From positions 1 to 61,066 of IMG/VR virus record IMGVR_UViG_3300007734_000736: a stretch of 61,066 nucleotides of DNA; one strand, 5' to 3'. Below the pieces are notes generated by a model. The model saw only the letters and a list, made by a program, of their open reading frames with translations, was not told where the DNA came from and ran no database searches. Each line of letters begins with the position of its first letter. The first letter of the stretch is position 1. This stretch comes from a virus (taxonomy: Duplodnaviria > Caudoviricetes). Positions 17,103 through 25,007 of this stretch are shown here, in pieces. Made by a program: the position numbers and the translations under genes.

Positions 17103-17730
17103 ATTTCTTCTTCTTTGGCATCATGCCGCCGTACTTGAGCTTTAGCCCTCGTCTACGTGCATCTTCCATTGTGAAAGTCATTGCTTGCTTTCCAAGTTCT
17201 GCTGAACGTGCTTTACCGGCTTCAATGCGGCGCTGCATCTCTGCTGAGACAGCTGGAGCCGGAGTAGGAACTCCGCTCTTCTGTACACCACGGCTTGGCG
17301 TATCTGCGTTAGCGGTAAATCCAGCACCACGGCTTATTTCTCGTCCTGGAGCGTACCCAAGGGTCTCTCCCTTTAAGTAAATAGGCTGTTCCTTCTGACC
17401 TCTAAATTGCTCTGCGAGCTCTCCGCGGCTGTATCTGTTGTAGGGGTTCCCATCGCGATTACTTCCGGTGAGCCGTTCCGACTTAGCTTCGGACAGATTT
17501 CTGCTATATACCGGACGAGGCTGCGATTCGTATGTCTTTGCTGCTCCGACTCTGCTGGTTATGCCCTTTTTGATGTTCTCAGCAATCTTGAGGTCTTCGG
17601 CGCGGCGTGCTCCGACCATCTTAGCCTCTTCTACTTCTTGCGCGCGGGTTTTGGCAATGGGCTTGGCTGCTGCCTTGCTCTTTGGGTTAGTCCCGCCGTT
17701 AGCGTATGATTTGGTGCGATACTTTTTCAT
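17101..17730 (-). CDS. Basic low-complexity protein with YxxGG motifs (internal virion cargo candidate)
   Basis: YANGG near the N-terminus, KYGG near the C-terminus. Confidence 0.65.
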   Translation of the reverse strand: MKKYRTKSYANGGTNPKSKAAAKPIAKTRAQEVEEAKMVGARRAEDLKIAENIKKGITSRVGAAKTYESQPRPVYSRNLSEAKSERLTGSNRDGNPYNRYSRGELAEQFRGQKEQPIYLKGETLGYAPGREISRGAGFTANADTPSRGVQKSGVPTPAPAVSAEMQRRIEAGKARSAELGKQAMTFTMEDARRRGLKLKYGGMMPKKKK

Positions 17731-17909
17731 TTCTTAAAGCTTCTAAGTGTGAGTGCTAAGTTAGCCATTTTTGCAACTTTTCCTTTGGCTGAAGCTGCGG
17801 CCTTCAATTTGCTTACTGGAATCTTCTCTCCCTTCTTCACCCCGAGCGCTTTGTGAAGCGCTCCGGGCTTATGGTCGGCCAGTGCCTTTTGAATCCACTG
17901 CTTTGCCAT
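17727..17909 (-). CDS. Small basic phage protein
   Basis: WIQKA..KPGALHKALGV..KIP..LALTL. Confidence 0.7.
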   Translation of the reverse strand: MAKQWIQKALADHKPGALHKALGVKKGEKIPVSKLKAAASAKGKVAKMANLALTLRSFKK

Positions 17910-17910
17910 C

Positions 17911-18801
17911 TTACTTGTTCTTGGGGCTTACGCCGGTGAAGTACATCATGGCTTGACGCAGAGCGTCCATCTGCTTCTTAACGGCTGGACTCATGTCCAC
18001 TGCGTTAGAGATGTAGCTGTTGTTGTCTTTGGTCGGGTTCAAGGGGTTCGGTGCTCCCGGCTTCTTGAGCTTGCCGCCTTTTGCGTACATCATGTCCAGC
18101 TTGCCGCCGCCCATCATGTATCCCATCTTGTTGCGCACTTCGGTGGGGAGTTTGGCGAGTCCTTTCTTTCCTGCGGGGACCGGCTTGAGCGAACCTCCTG
18201 CAGCATATTTCTTGGGTTTCATAATTTCTACTTCTTGTAGTTGAACAGTTTTGGGGGTTGTGGTTTCATCTACACCTATTCCAATGGCACCGGTTCGTCC
18301 GGTGTTGGCTGGGTCTAGTTTCTTGTCAATCTTTTTGGCTAGGGTCTTTACCTTATCCATGGGTGTCACCTTGCGGTACTGGCGTGCAATCTCGTCGCGC
18401 ACCATTTGCTGTTGGCGCTGGGTGAGCTTGCCGATGTCTTCAAGCACGCTCTTGTCCTTCTCGGCGTAGCGGCGTGCCATGTCGGCAATCTCTTTGCTGT
18501 TGACTGGCCTAACGGCTCCACGAAGTCCCATCTCGCGTGACGCGGTGTTGATTGACTTGATGCCTTTGATTAGGGTTTCTTGAAACGAGTCGATTGCTTT
18601 TCGTTCTGCTGCTGCGCGGGCCATGTATCGTCCCAGGGCTCCTAGGCCTGCTTTGGCGCCCATGGCTCCCATTTCAGGATACACCTCTTCAATGGACTCC
18701 TTACGGCGGTTTGCTGCCATTTTAGGGGCCTGAGCACGGAGGTTGCGCTCCATGGCTGGAGTCATTCCTGCTGGGCGCTTGGGGGGTTTGCTGTTTCTCA
18801 T
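17911..18801 (-). CDS. Basic protein with repeated YxxGG motifs
   Basis: YAAGG, YMMGG, YAKGG; TAACTTTG box at 18818-18825. Confidence 0.65.
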   Translation of the reverse strand: MRNSKPPKRPAGMTPAMERNLRAQAPKMAANRRKESIEEVYPEMGAMGAKAGLGALGRYMARAAAERKAIDSFQETLIKGIKSINTASREMGLRGAVRPVNSKEIADMARRYAEKDKSVLEDIGKLTQRQQQMVRDEIARQYRKVTPMDKVKTLAKKIDKKLDPANTGRTGAIGIGVDETTTPKTVQLQEVEIMKPKKYAAGGSLKPVPAGKKGLAKLPTEVRNKMGYMMGGGKLDMMYAKGGKLKKPGAPNPLNPTKDNNSYISNAVDMSPAVKKQMDALRQAMMYFTGVSPKNK

Positions 18802-18858
18802 AGCTATCTCAGGGAAACAAAGTTAGTATTTTTACCCTCGAACATAACCCCTGAAAAA

Positions 18859-18996
18859 ATGGCTGCAAAGAAGTCCATTCAAGCTGTTGTAAAGTATGTA
18901 AGCAAGAGCAAGAAGCGCGGCAAGCATTCTAAGAGTGCTTCGTCGAACAAGGCATCTAAGAACTACGTTAAACCCTACAATTCACAAGGACGATGA
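18859..18996 (+). CDS. 45-aa Lys-rich peptide ending KPYNSQGR
   Basis: Hand translated; stop overlaps the endolysin ATG. Confidence 0.6.
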   Translation: MAAKKSIQAVVKYVSKSKKRGKHSKSASSNKASKNYVKPYNSQGR

Positions 18997-19616
18997 GCTT
19001 GAAGAAACTACAAGAGAAGATTGGTGTCGGCGCTGATGGCGCCTTTGGCCCTGGTACCATCAACGCAGCGGCCAAGCACTTTGGATTGTCTGACGTACGT
19101 GCGGCCCACTTCTTCGGACAGACGGCGCACGAGACGGGCGGTTTTAAGGCTTTCTCTGAGAACCTGAACTACTCAGCTAAGGGGTTGATGACTACGTTCA
19201 AGAAGTACTTTCCTGATGCAGCTGTTGCGGCCAAGTACGAGCGCAATCCAGAGAAGATAGCCAACAAGGTGTACGCCTCACGCATGGGCAACGGTGATGA
19301 GGCTTCTGGAGACGGATGGAAGTACCGCGGTCGTGGTGCGTTACAGTTGACTGGTAAGAGCAACTACGAGGCGTTCGCCAAGTGGCTTGGAAAGCCTGAG
19401 GTTCTTTCCAACCCGGACCTGGTAGCCACGGAGTATGCATTTGACAGTGCACGCTTCTTCTTCGACAGAAACAAGCTGTGGGATATCTGCGACAAGGGAG
19501 TCAACGATGAGACCATCTTGCTGCTTACTCGGCGCATCAATGGCGGCACGCACGGTCTTGAGGACCGCGCTAGCCGCACCAGACAGTACCATAAGTGGCT
19601 GATGGAGCGGGACTAG
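18993..19616 (+). CDS. Endolysin, glycoside hydrolase family 19, with a short N-terminal peptidoglycan-binding segment
   Basis: AHFFGQTAHETGGF, ENLNYSA, YRGRGALQLTG, INGGTHGLEDR; N-terminal ADGAFGPGT. Confidence 0.92.
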   Translation: MSLKKLQEKIGVGADGAFGPGTINAAAKHFGLSDVRAAHFFGQTAHETGGFKAFSENLNYSAKGLMTTFKKYFPDAAVAAKYERNPEKIANKVYASRMGNGDEASGDGWKYRGRGALQLTGKSNYEAFAKWLGKPEVLSNPDLVATEYAFDSARFFFDRNKLWDICDKGVNDETILLLTRRINGGTHGLEDRASRTRQYHKWLMERD

Positions 19617-19883
19617 AGAAAGTTTTTGCAAATAATGCAAATCCATGGTTTAGCTCTTGATTGTCTGGGAAAAAAACGCTACCTTCGCCTAGGTCGAAAG
19701 ACGTCTAGAAGAAATACTATCAGAGCCGCCGCCTAAGCGTCGCCCCTGCTAAACAGGGGCAGAGCACCGAAGATTCTACCACGAGCGACCGCGCAATCGG
19801 GGCGTACTATGCTCAGATTTTTCCTCTTCTTTTTTCTTGACATTGCACCCATCTTAGGTCGCTAACAGCTACCTTAGGCTTCC

Positions 19884-20291
19884 ATGAAACGCTGTGGAGG
19901 CTGTGGTACTACCCAACCACTGACCAACTTCTCGAAGAACAGAGCTAAGAAAGATGGCCTGCAAGCCATGTGCAAGAGCTGTTGTGCCGCTAGCTCATCG
20001 AAGTGGTACAAGAAGTCACCACAGACACGCGTAATCCAAAATCAACAGCAACGTAATCGCAACAAAGCATTCGTGGACCGCTACAAGCGCATCCACGGCA
20101 AATGCACCGACTGCGGTACCACAGACCACCGCGTCCTCCAGTTCGACCACATCGACAGCAAACGCAAGAACGTGTCCGACATGATATACGCAGGTAACTC
20201 CATCCACATCATCAAGACCGAAATACGCAAGTGCCAAATACGCTGTGCCAACTGCCACACCATCATCACCGCAGAGCGGCGTAACAGCTAA
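19884..20291 (+). CDS. HNH endonuclease with N-terminal Zn finger
   Basis: CxxC pairs; CTDCG..LQFDH..CANCH. Confidence 0.85.
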   Translation: MKRCGGCGTTQPLTNFSKNRAKKDGLQAMCKSCCAASSSKWYKKSPQTRVIQNQQQRNRNKAFVDRYKRIHGKCTDCGTTDHRVLQFDHIDSKRKNVSDMIYAGNSIHIIKTEIRKCQIRCANCHTIITAERRNS

Positions 20292-20759
20292 TCTAGAATC
20301 ATTCTAAATAACAATCTAGAACCGTTCCAAACAACGCAAAATCATCGACAGCTCTTTGGGTACACCGTTTGTACCCTTTGGAAAAATTGGTGAGTTATTT
20401 CTGGAGTGGGGATAACATATACATGGGGACGTGGGCACGCGCGCACCGGAACGCGCAGCACGCGCATACGGGGGTGTCCGCACGCGACAATCGCGCACAC
20501 ATTCTGGCGTTTTGCGCTCGCATCACGCACCTTGTAGGGCAGGGGTGGTTCGGGGGGTAGGGCACAGGTAGGGGGGCAAAGGTTCGCAGCAGAAATACAG
20601 AGGAGGCGAACAACCCACCCAAACATTCCCCAACCCAAACAACCAAACCCCAAAACCCCTTCGGGGTAGCACTCGCAGGCACGAAGCACGGCGGCGTTAC
20701 GTGCGATTTGCGCGCATATCTCGCGCTCGTTGGGGCGTCATCCAGGAACGCACCCAGGA

Positions 20760-20820
20760 AGCTCGCAGCTCGTAATTTTTGGGAGTCCGCAGCTCGTAGC
20801 TCGCAGCTCGTAGCTCGTAA
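20760..20820. repeat. AGCTCG(C/T) heptamer tandem repeats
   Basis: Blocks of 2 and 4 copies, each followed by AATTTT. Confidence 0.8.
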
Positions 20821-20831
20821 ATTTTGGGCAT

Positions 20832-20854
20832 AAAAAAAGCCCGCCGAAGCGGGC
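20832..20854 (-). terminator. Intrinsic terminator for 20878..21180
   Basis: GCCCGC-TTCG-GCGGGC plus T7 on the - strand. Confidence 0.85.
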
Positions 20855-20877
20855 CTCTTGTCGTGGTGTTATGCGGT

Positions 20878-21180
20878 TCAGTCCTCGCGGGCAAGCATCG
20901 CAAGGTGGTGAACTATGGCGGCGCATCGTTTTTTCCCGATTTCCTTCGCGGCACGCTCGGAGGTAGAGTACATATCCGCAAGGTCGAGCAGTTCGCACGT
21001 GAGGACTGATAGTCCGTCGGGGTATTCCTCGTCCATCTCCTCCTCGTACATATCCCCGTGCAGTCCGCGCAGTTCCGCGCCCAACTCCCACGCCATCTCA
21101 AGCGCGTCCTTTGCGCTCGTCTGTTCGCACACAAAAGCATCGTAGATGCTCAAAAATTCTTCTTTGGTTTCTTGGTTCAT
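20878..21180 (-). CDS. Acidic early protein, monocistronic
   Basis: Own TAAC-array promoter and terminator. Confidence 0.75.
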   Translation of the reverse strand: MNQETKEEFLSIYDAFVCEQTSAKDALEMAWELGAELRGLHGDMYEEEMDEEYPDGLSVLTCELLDLADMYSTSERAAKEIGKKRCAAIVHHLAMLARED

Positions 21181-21204
21181 CGTTTTGTGGTTTTGATTAG
21201 TTCA

Positions 21205-21262
21205 GCAAACCTAAAGAGGCAATGTTATCCCAGCGTTAAGCCCAAATTATCTTTTCGTTAAG
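21205..21262 (-). promoter_or_regulatory. Early promoter with 11-bp-periodic TAAC array (copy 1)
   Basis: Reverse complement CTTAACGAAAAGATAATTTGGGCTTAACGCTGGGATAACATTG...TAGGTTTGC. Confidence 0.8.
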
Positions 21263-21271
21263 CCATCCCCT

Positions 21272-21908
21272 ATACGTGTGTGTGCGCTCGTGTGTGTGCG
21301 TGTGTGTGCGCCTACGCGCGCCCGTGCAGGTACGTACGCGCTGCCGTACGGGTACGTACGCGCTGCCGCGCGCACATGGTTGGGAAGATAAAAGATAATA
21401 GGGGGAGGGTATCACCCTCCCTGCGCGCGTGCGCCCGTGTGTGTGTGCGCCTGTGCCTGCGCCCACACGTAGGCCCGTGTACGCACGAGATTCGTGTTCC
21501 AACATCCATGTTCCAACGCCGTTTCCAATGTTACCAAATCGTTATCATTCCGTTAAATTTTCGGTTTGGGTTTGGATATGTCATTTTTTTTTAGTTTATT
21601 ACCCTCCTTTCCGTAGGGAAGGAGGGATACTAAACTATTTTCTCGGGGTGGGCTGTATGGTTGCCCCAAAACCACCCCAAACGTCGGCAAATCGTCTAAA
21701 AAGGGGCTTAAATCGGGCCTCACTTTGGTAACATTCCCGTAACATTGCCTTCGGCAATCAACGCGCGCACCTGCGCCTTACCCGTGCGCTTTCGCAGCCT
21801 ATGGCTGCTCAACGCGCGAAGGGCTTTTCCCCTCCGTTGCCGTGTTCCTGCGTGAGCGGCGGGGCGTGCATACGTACGCGCTATACGTACGCGCTACACG
21901 CGCGCGCA
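21272..21908. repeat. Alternating purine-pyrimidine tracts and four TACGTACGCGCT copies around an AT-rich core
   Basis: Copies at 21331, 21353, 21871 and 21884; (GT)n/(GC)n runs. Confidence 0.75.
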
Positions 21909-21931
21909 GTTGAAATCTTACGAATGTAAGA

Positions 21932-21989
21932 TTTAACGAAAAGATAACTTGGCCTTAACATTCACTTAACATTGGGGTTATACGTTTGC
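21932..21989 (+). promoter_or_regulatory. Early promoter with TAAC array (copy 2)
   Basis: WTAAC at 21933, 21944, 21955, 21966; TACGTTTG at 21981. Confidence 0.82.
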
Positions 21990-22024
21990 ATTGTTCAACC
22001 GACTAACCAAAAACACAACGAGCC

Positions 22025-22291
22025 ATGAACAATAAAATCAAAGCAACCCTCGCAACCCTTGAGCGTACAATGGGCATTGACTTCGTGCTTGACCTCTACG
22101 ACGACTTCCTCAACACCGATGCCTTCGCCTCCTATGCAGGCTTCCGCGACCGCCTCAACGCCGCATACAACGAGCCCTCTCCCGAATGGGCAGACATCAT
22201 CCGGGGACAAGCAAGCGTGTTCTGCGACACTCAAGCGCAAGAGGCAGCGTTTCAGGGAACTACCTACGCCAAAAGTTCGTACTACCGATGA
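22025..22291 (+). CDS. Early hypothetical protein
   Basis: First ORF after the promoter; A-rich leader. Confidence 0.7.
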   Translation: MNNKIKATLATLERTMGIDFVLDLYDDFLNTDAFASYAGFRDRLNAAYNEPSPEWADIIRGQASVFCDTQAQEAAFQGTTYAKSSYYR

Positions 22292-22515
22292 GCCGGTTCG
22301 CAACACGAAGCGACGACAAGGGTCGTGAGTATGTAGTGCGAGTGTCAAGTGCCCCTGCGTTGGATGGGGGCACGGCACTCCGCCGCACCGAGCGCAAAGT
22401 TCGGGGCAAGCGAAAAGCCGACGCCGTGGAACTATTCGTGGCCTCACGTATTGACCGCAAGGTAGAACGTAGCACCGAGCAACGGCTTGAGCGGAGGGCA
22501 AAGCGGGGGCGTTGA
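22288..22515 (+). CDS. Arg-rich early hypothetical protein
   Basis: ATGA overlap with the previous gene. Confidence 0.55.
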   Translation: MSRFATRSDDKGREYVVRVSSAPALDGGTALRRTERKVRGKRKADAVELFVASRIDRKVERSTEQRLERRAKRGR

Positions 22516-22648
22516 GCGCCCCCTCACTTACGGGATATGTGGCGACCACACGTAAAACGGACACGAAGGGGATACCTATGCCCCTACACCAGGGTGTGCT
22601 ACGTGCTATCACCGTGCTCGTAACACGGACACCCACAAGCGGACACGT

Positions 22649-22861
22649 GTGCAGTCCGCCTATGATGCACACACATACAAACGACCTAACTACGACGTGA
22701 TGGCGATAAACGAGATACAGCGCATAAGGCAAGCAACCCACGCCTATATGTATGCAGACGAGCGCAGCGATGCGTTCAAGGACGCGGTGGAGTACCTCAA
22801 AAAGGTACACGACACCTACGGAACGATTAACCCAGTAACAATAGCAGAAATAACACGATGA
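22649..22861 (+). CDS. Early hypothetical protein (start uncertain)
   Basis: ORF track. Confidence 0.5.
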   Translation: MQSAYDAHTYKRPNYDVMAINEIQRIRQATHAYMYADERSDAFKDAVEYLKKVHDTYGTINPVTIAEITR

Positions 22862-23085
22862 AAACAAGAGTTTGGATGTTGGCGATGATATGGAGGGACA
22901 TGTTGAAAGACATTTTTCGTACGTCATACCGCGCCACAGGTACACCAGGGACAAGAAGGGGCTCTCACATCTACAAATAAATGGGTAAGAGATTATGCGT
23001 GGAGGCGGTGGCTGTCGTGGTCGTTGCCGGGATGTTCTTCGTGAGCGTAGTGTTCGCTGCGCTCAAGATAGGACTGGGCTGAAAA

Positions 23086-23143
23086 CTTAACGAAAAGATA
23101 ACCTGACCTTAACATTCAGGTAACATTGCTGTCTAACCTTTGC
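23086..23143 (+). promoter_or_regulatory. Early promoter with TAAC array (copy 3)
   Basis: TAAC units at 23087, 23098, 23109, 23120; AACCTTTG at 23135 with the same 48-bp offset as the other copies. Confidence 0.8.
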
Positions 23144-23145
23144 AG

Positions 23146-23340
23146 CAACGATTTCAGGGAACGAGGTGGCGACCACACCCAAACAACGGACAAGGGGCAC
23201 ACGCCGTATGTGGTTTGGATATGTGTTTGTTGGACATAGCGGCGCGGTGGTTCATGACCATGTGCCCCTCAAAGCCCAAACGTGCAGGGCTTGGTGATGC
23301 ACGAAACACCTTCGCCTATGAGGTGTAATTCATAGGCAAA
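23146..23340 (+). ncRNA. Candidate structured leader RNA with two tandem H-type pseudoknots
   Basis: Pairings 23193-201/23261-269; 23272-77/23287-92 crossed by 23281-86/23298-303; 23306-11/23321-26 crossed by 23314-20/23331-37. Confidence 0.55.
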
Positions 23341-23345
23341 AATGC

Positions 23346-24956
23346 TTGATGTGTATGAGCAATTTTTCAGTAGGCGACTTGGTTCGCATTGACTTCGGTT
23401 CGTTTCAAGACCGAGAGGCATTACGTGGTGTATTCGTACACCCTTCTATGCGCCCATTACAGGGCACTGTGGCGAAGGTCGTTTTGGTGCGCGACTCGTT
23501 GGTCGACGGGGGCAGCGACGACGTAGCGTACAAGCTGTGCGGCACGGACGGCGAGGGCTTTGGATGGACATTCCTGCCGGAGTGGCTTTCATTAGCAGAG
23601 CCAGGGGCAACAGTAACAACGCCAGAGCCTGAAATGATTGAGGACTACGAGGGCAATATGCTTCTTGCGCAAACATGCTTGCAGCTGACCGCACCGAGCG
23701 AGCACGAGGGCCAGTGGGCGCACCGGGCAGTCGTAAGCCGAGTGCGACTTGAGAACGGCAACACCGTGTATCTACTTGACTCCGAGTACCACGACTTGGT
23801 TGTTGAGGTGGAGGGCGAGAACTATCTACGCCAGGACATAGACGAGGGCGACACCGTAGAAGCCTATGGCGGCAATTACGGCGGCCAACTTATTTGGATG
23901 GAAAATTCCATCTTTGCCGAGGACGTGCACGACTACTTCCACGAGAGCGACGCTGGCGAGTACGTATTCTACCACGACAATCGTGATGCGTACTACACAT
24001 ACGAGCCAGAGCAGGGCACGCTTGATTACCACGCGCAGCAATCACGTGGCTACATCCGACGCACTAATGCGGGCACGCTGTACACCATTGGCTTTGAGGT
24101 TGAGAAGGAGGACGGAGATATCCTGCAATCCTACACATCCGACGACACGACCAGCCTGGGTTGGTCGCGTGAACACGACGGCTCACTTGATGAAGACACC
24201 GGCTACGAGTTAGTGTCGCCTATCTACGACTTGTTTGATAGCAAACTTGACGACGAAATTGCCGCATCGCAAACCCTACGCGACCACCTCAACGCCGACT
24301 CAAGCACGCGGTGCGGTGGGCATATCAACTTCGGCAAGGTCGGCACTTCGGGGACGCAACTACTCAAGGAGTGCGCCGCCTTTCTTCCGCTGTTCGTTGC
24401 GCTCTACCGCAAGCGTGTGCTATCACGCTGGGCAAATATGCGTGTGGACATCAACGAGTACGACGGCAGCGACCGATACGTGGCCTTCAATGTGAAGGGC
24501 GAGTACATTGAGTTCCGACTCGTCGCTCGTGTCCACGATGTAGACACCATGCTATGGCGGCGCGACCTGTTCCGCATCATGGCGAGCAACCCCAACATCG
24601 GGGCGGCAAAGGTGCAGCAAATGATGCTTGACCGCCGCAGCGCACTACACAAACTCCTTCGCAAGATGTACACGGAGGAGAAGCTGTTGCGCCTTGCGTG
24701 CTGGTACTCACAATTCGCCGACGCTATGTTTGACACCTTGCAGTTCAGCAAGACCGGACACGGCGTGATGATGGACTTCTTCGTGTCGTCATTGCGACGC
24801 TCAGGCAAGCGTGTCGGCGTGAGCATTGAGGCCGTTGAGGGCTGGGTTGAGGATGTACACTTCATCCTATCACGTGCAAAAGGTGGCGACAAGTACGCCA
24901 ACAACGTGAAGAAACTTGACCGCAAATCGCTCAAATTCTTACAGGTCAAGGGCTAA
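23346..24956 (+). CDS. Putative amidoligase (COOH-NH2 ligase) with acidic N-terminal extension
   Basis: IGFEVE, HDGSL, GYELVSP, CGGHIN, RY.AFN, IEFR. Confidence 0.8.
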   Translation: MMCMSNFSVGDLVRIDFGSFQDREALRGVFVHPSMRPLQGTVAKVVLVRDSLVDGGSDDVAYKLCGTDGEGFGWTFLPEWLSLAEPGATVTTPEPEMIEDYEGNMLLAQTCLQLTAPSEHEGQWAHRAVVSRVRLENGNTVYLLDSEYHDLVVEVEGENYLRQDIDEGDTVEAYGGNYGGQLIWMENSIFAEDVHDYFHESDAGEYVFYHDNRDAYYTYEPEQGTLDYHAQQSRGYIRRTNAGTLYTIGFEVEKEDGDILQSYTSDDTTSLGWSREHDGSLDEDTGYELVSPIYDLFDSKLDDEIAASQTLRDHLNADSSTRCGGHINFGKVGTSGTQLLKECAAFLPLFVALYRKRVLSRWANMRVDINEYDGSDRYVAFNVKGEYIEFRLVARVHDVDTMLWRRDLFRIMASNPNIGAAKVQQMMLDRRSALHKLLRKMYTEEKLLRLACWYSQFADAMFDTLQFSKTGHGVMMDFFVSSLRRSGKRVGVSIEAVEGWVEDVHFILSRAKGGDKYANNVKKLDRKSLKFLQVKG

Positions 24957-24982
24957 TTAGGTTAGCCCTTTGACCTTTTTTT
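24942..24982 (+). terminator. Intrinsic terminator after the amidoligase
   Basis: AGGTCAAGGGCTAA/TTAGCCCTTTGACCT plus T-run. Confidence 0.75.
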
Positions 24983-25007
24983 CTAATCTCTAATACCTAT
25001 CTATACT

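Noticed and set aside
20316-21731. ORFs in the repeat-rich control region (other than 20878..21180)
   Set aside because: Products are R/A/C/V-rich translations of alternating purine-pyrimidine DNA.
22284-22315. Hammerhead-like CCGATGAG...CGAA
   Set aside because: Lacks the CUGAUGA/GAAA core and flanking stems, and coincides with a stop/start overlap.
21995-22954. 319-aa minus-strand ORF
   Set aside because: Antisense to coupled + strand early genes driven by a clear promoter; composition is not protein-like.
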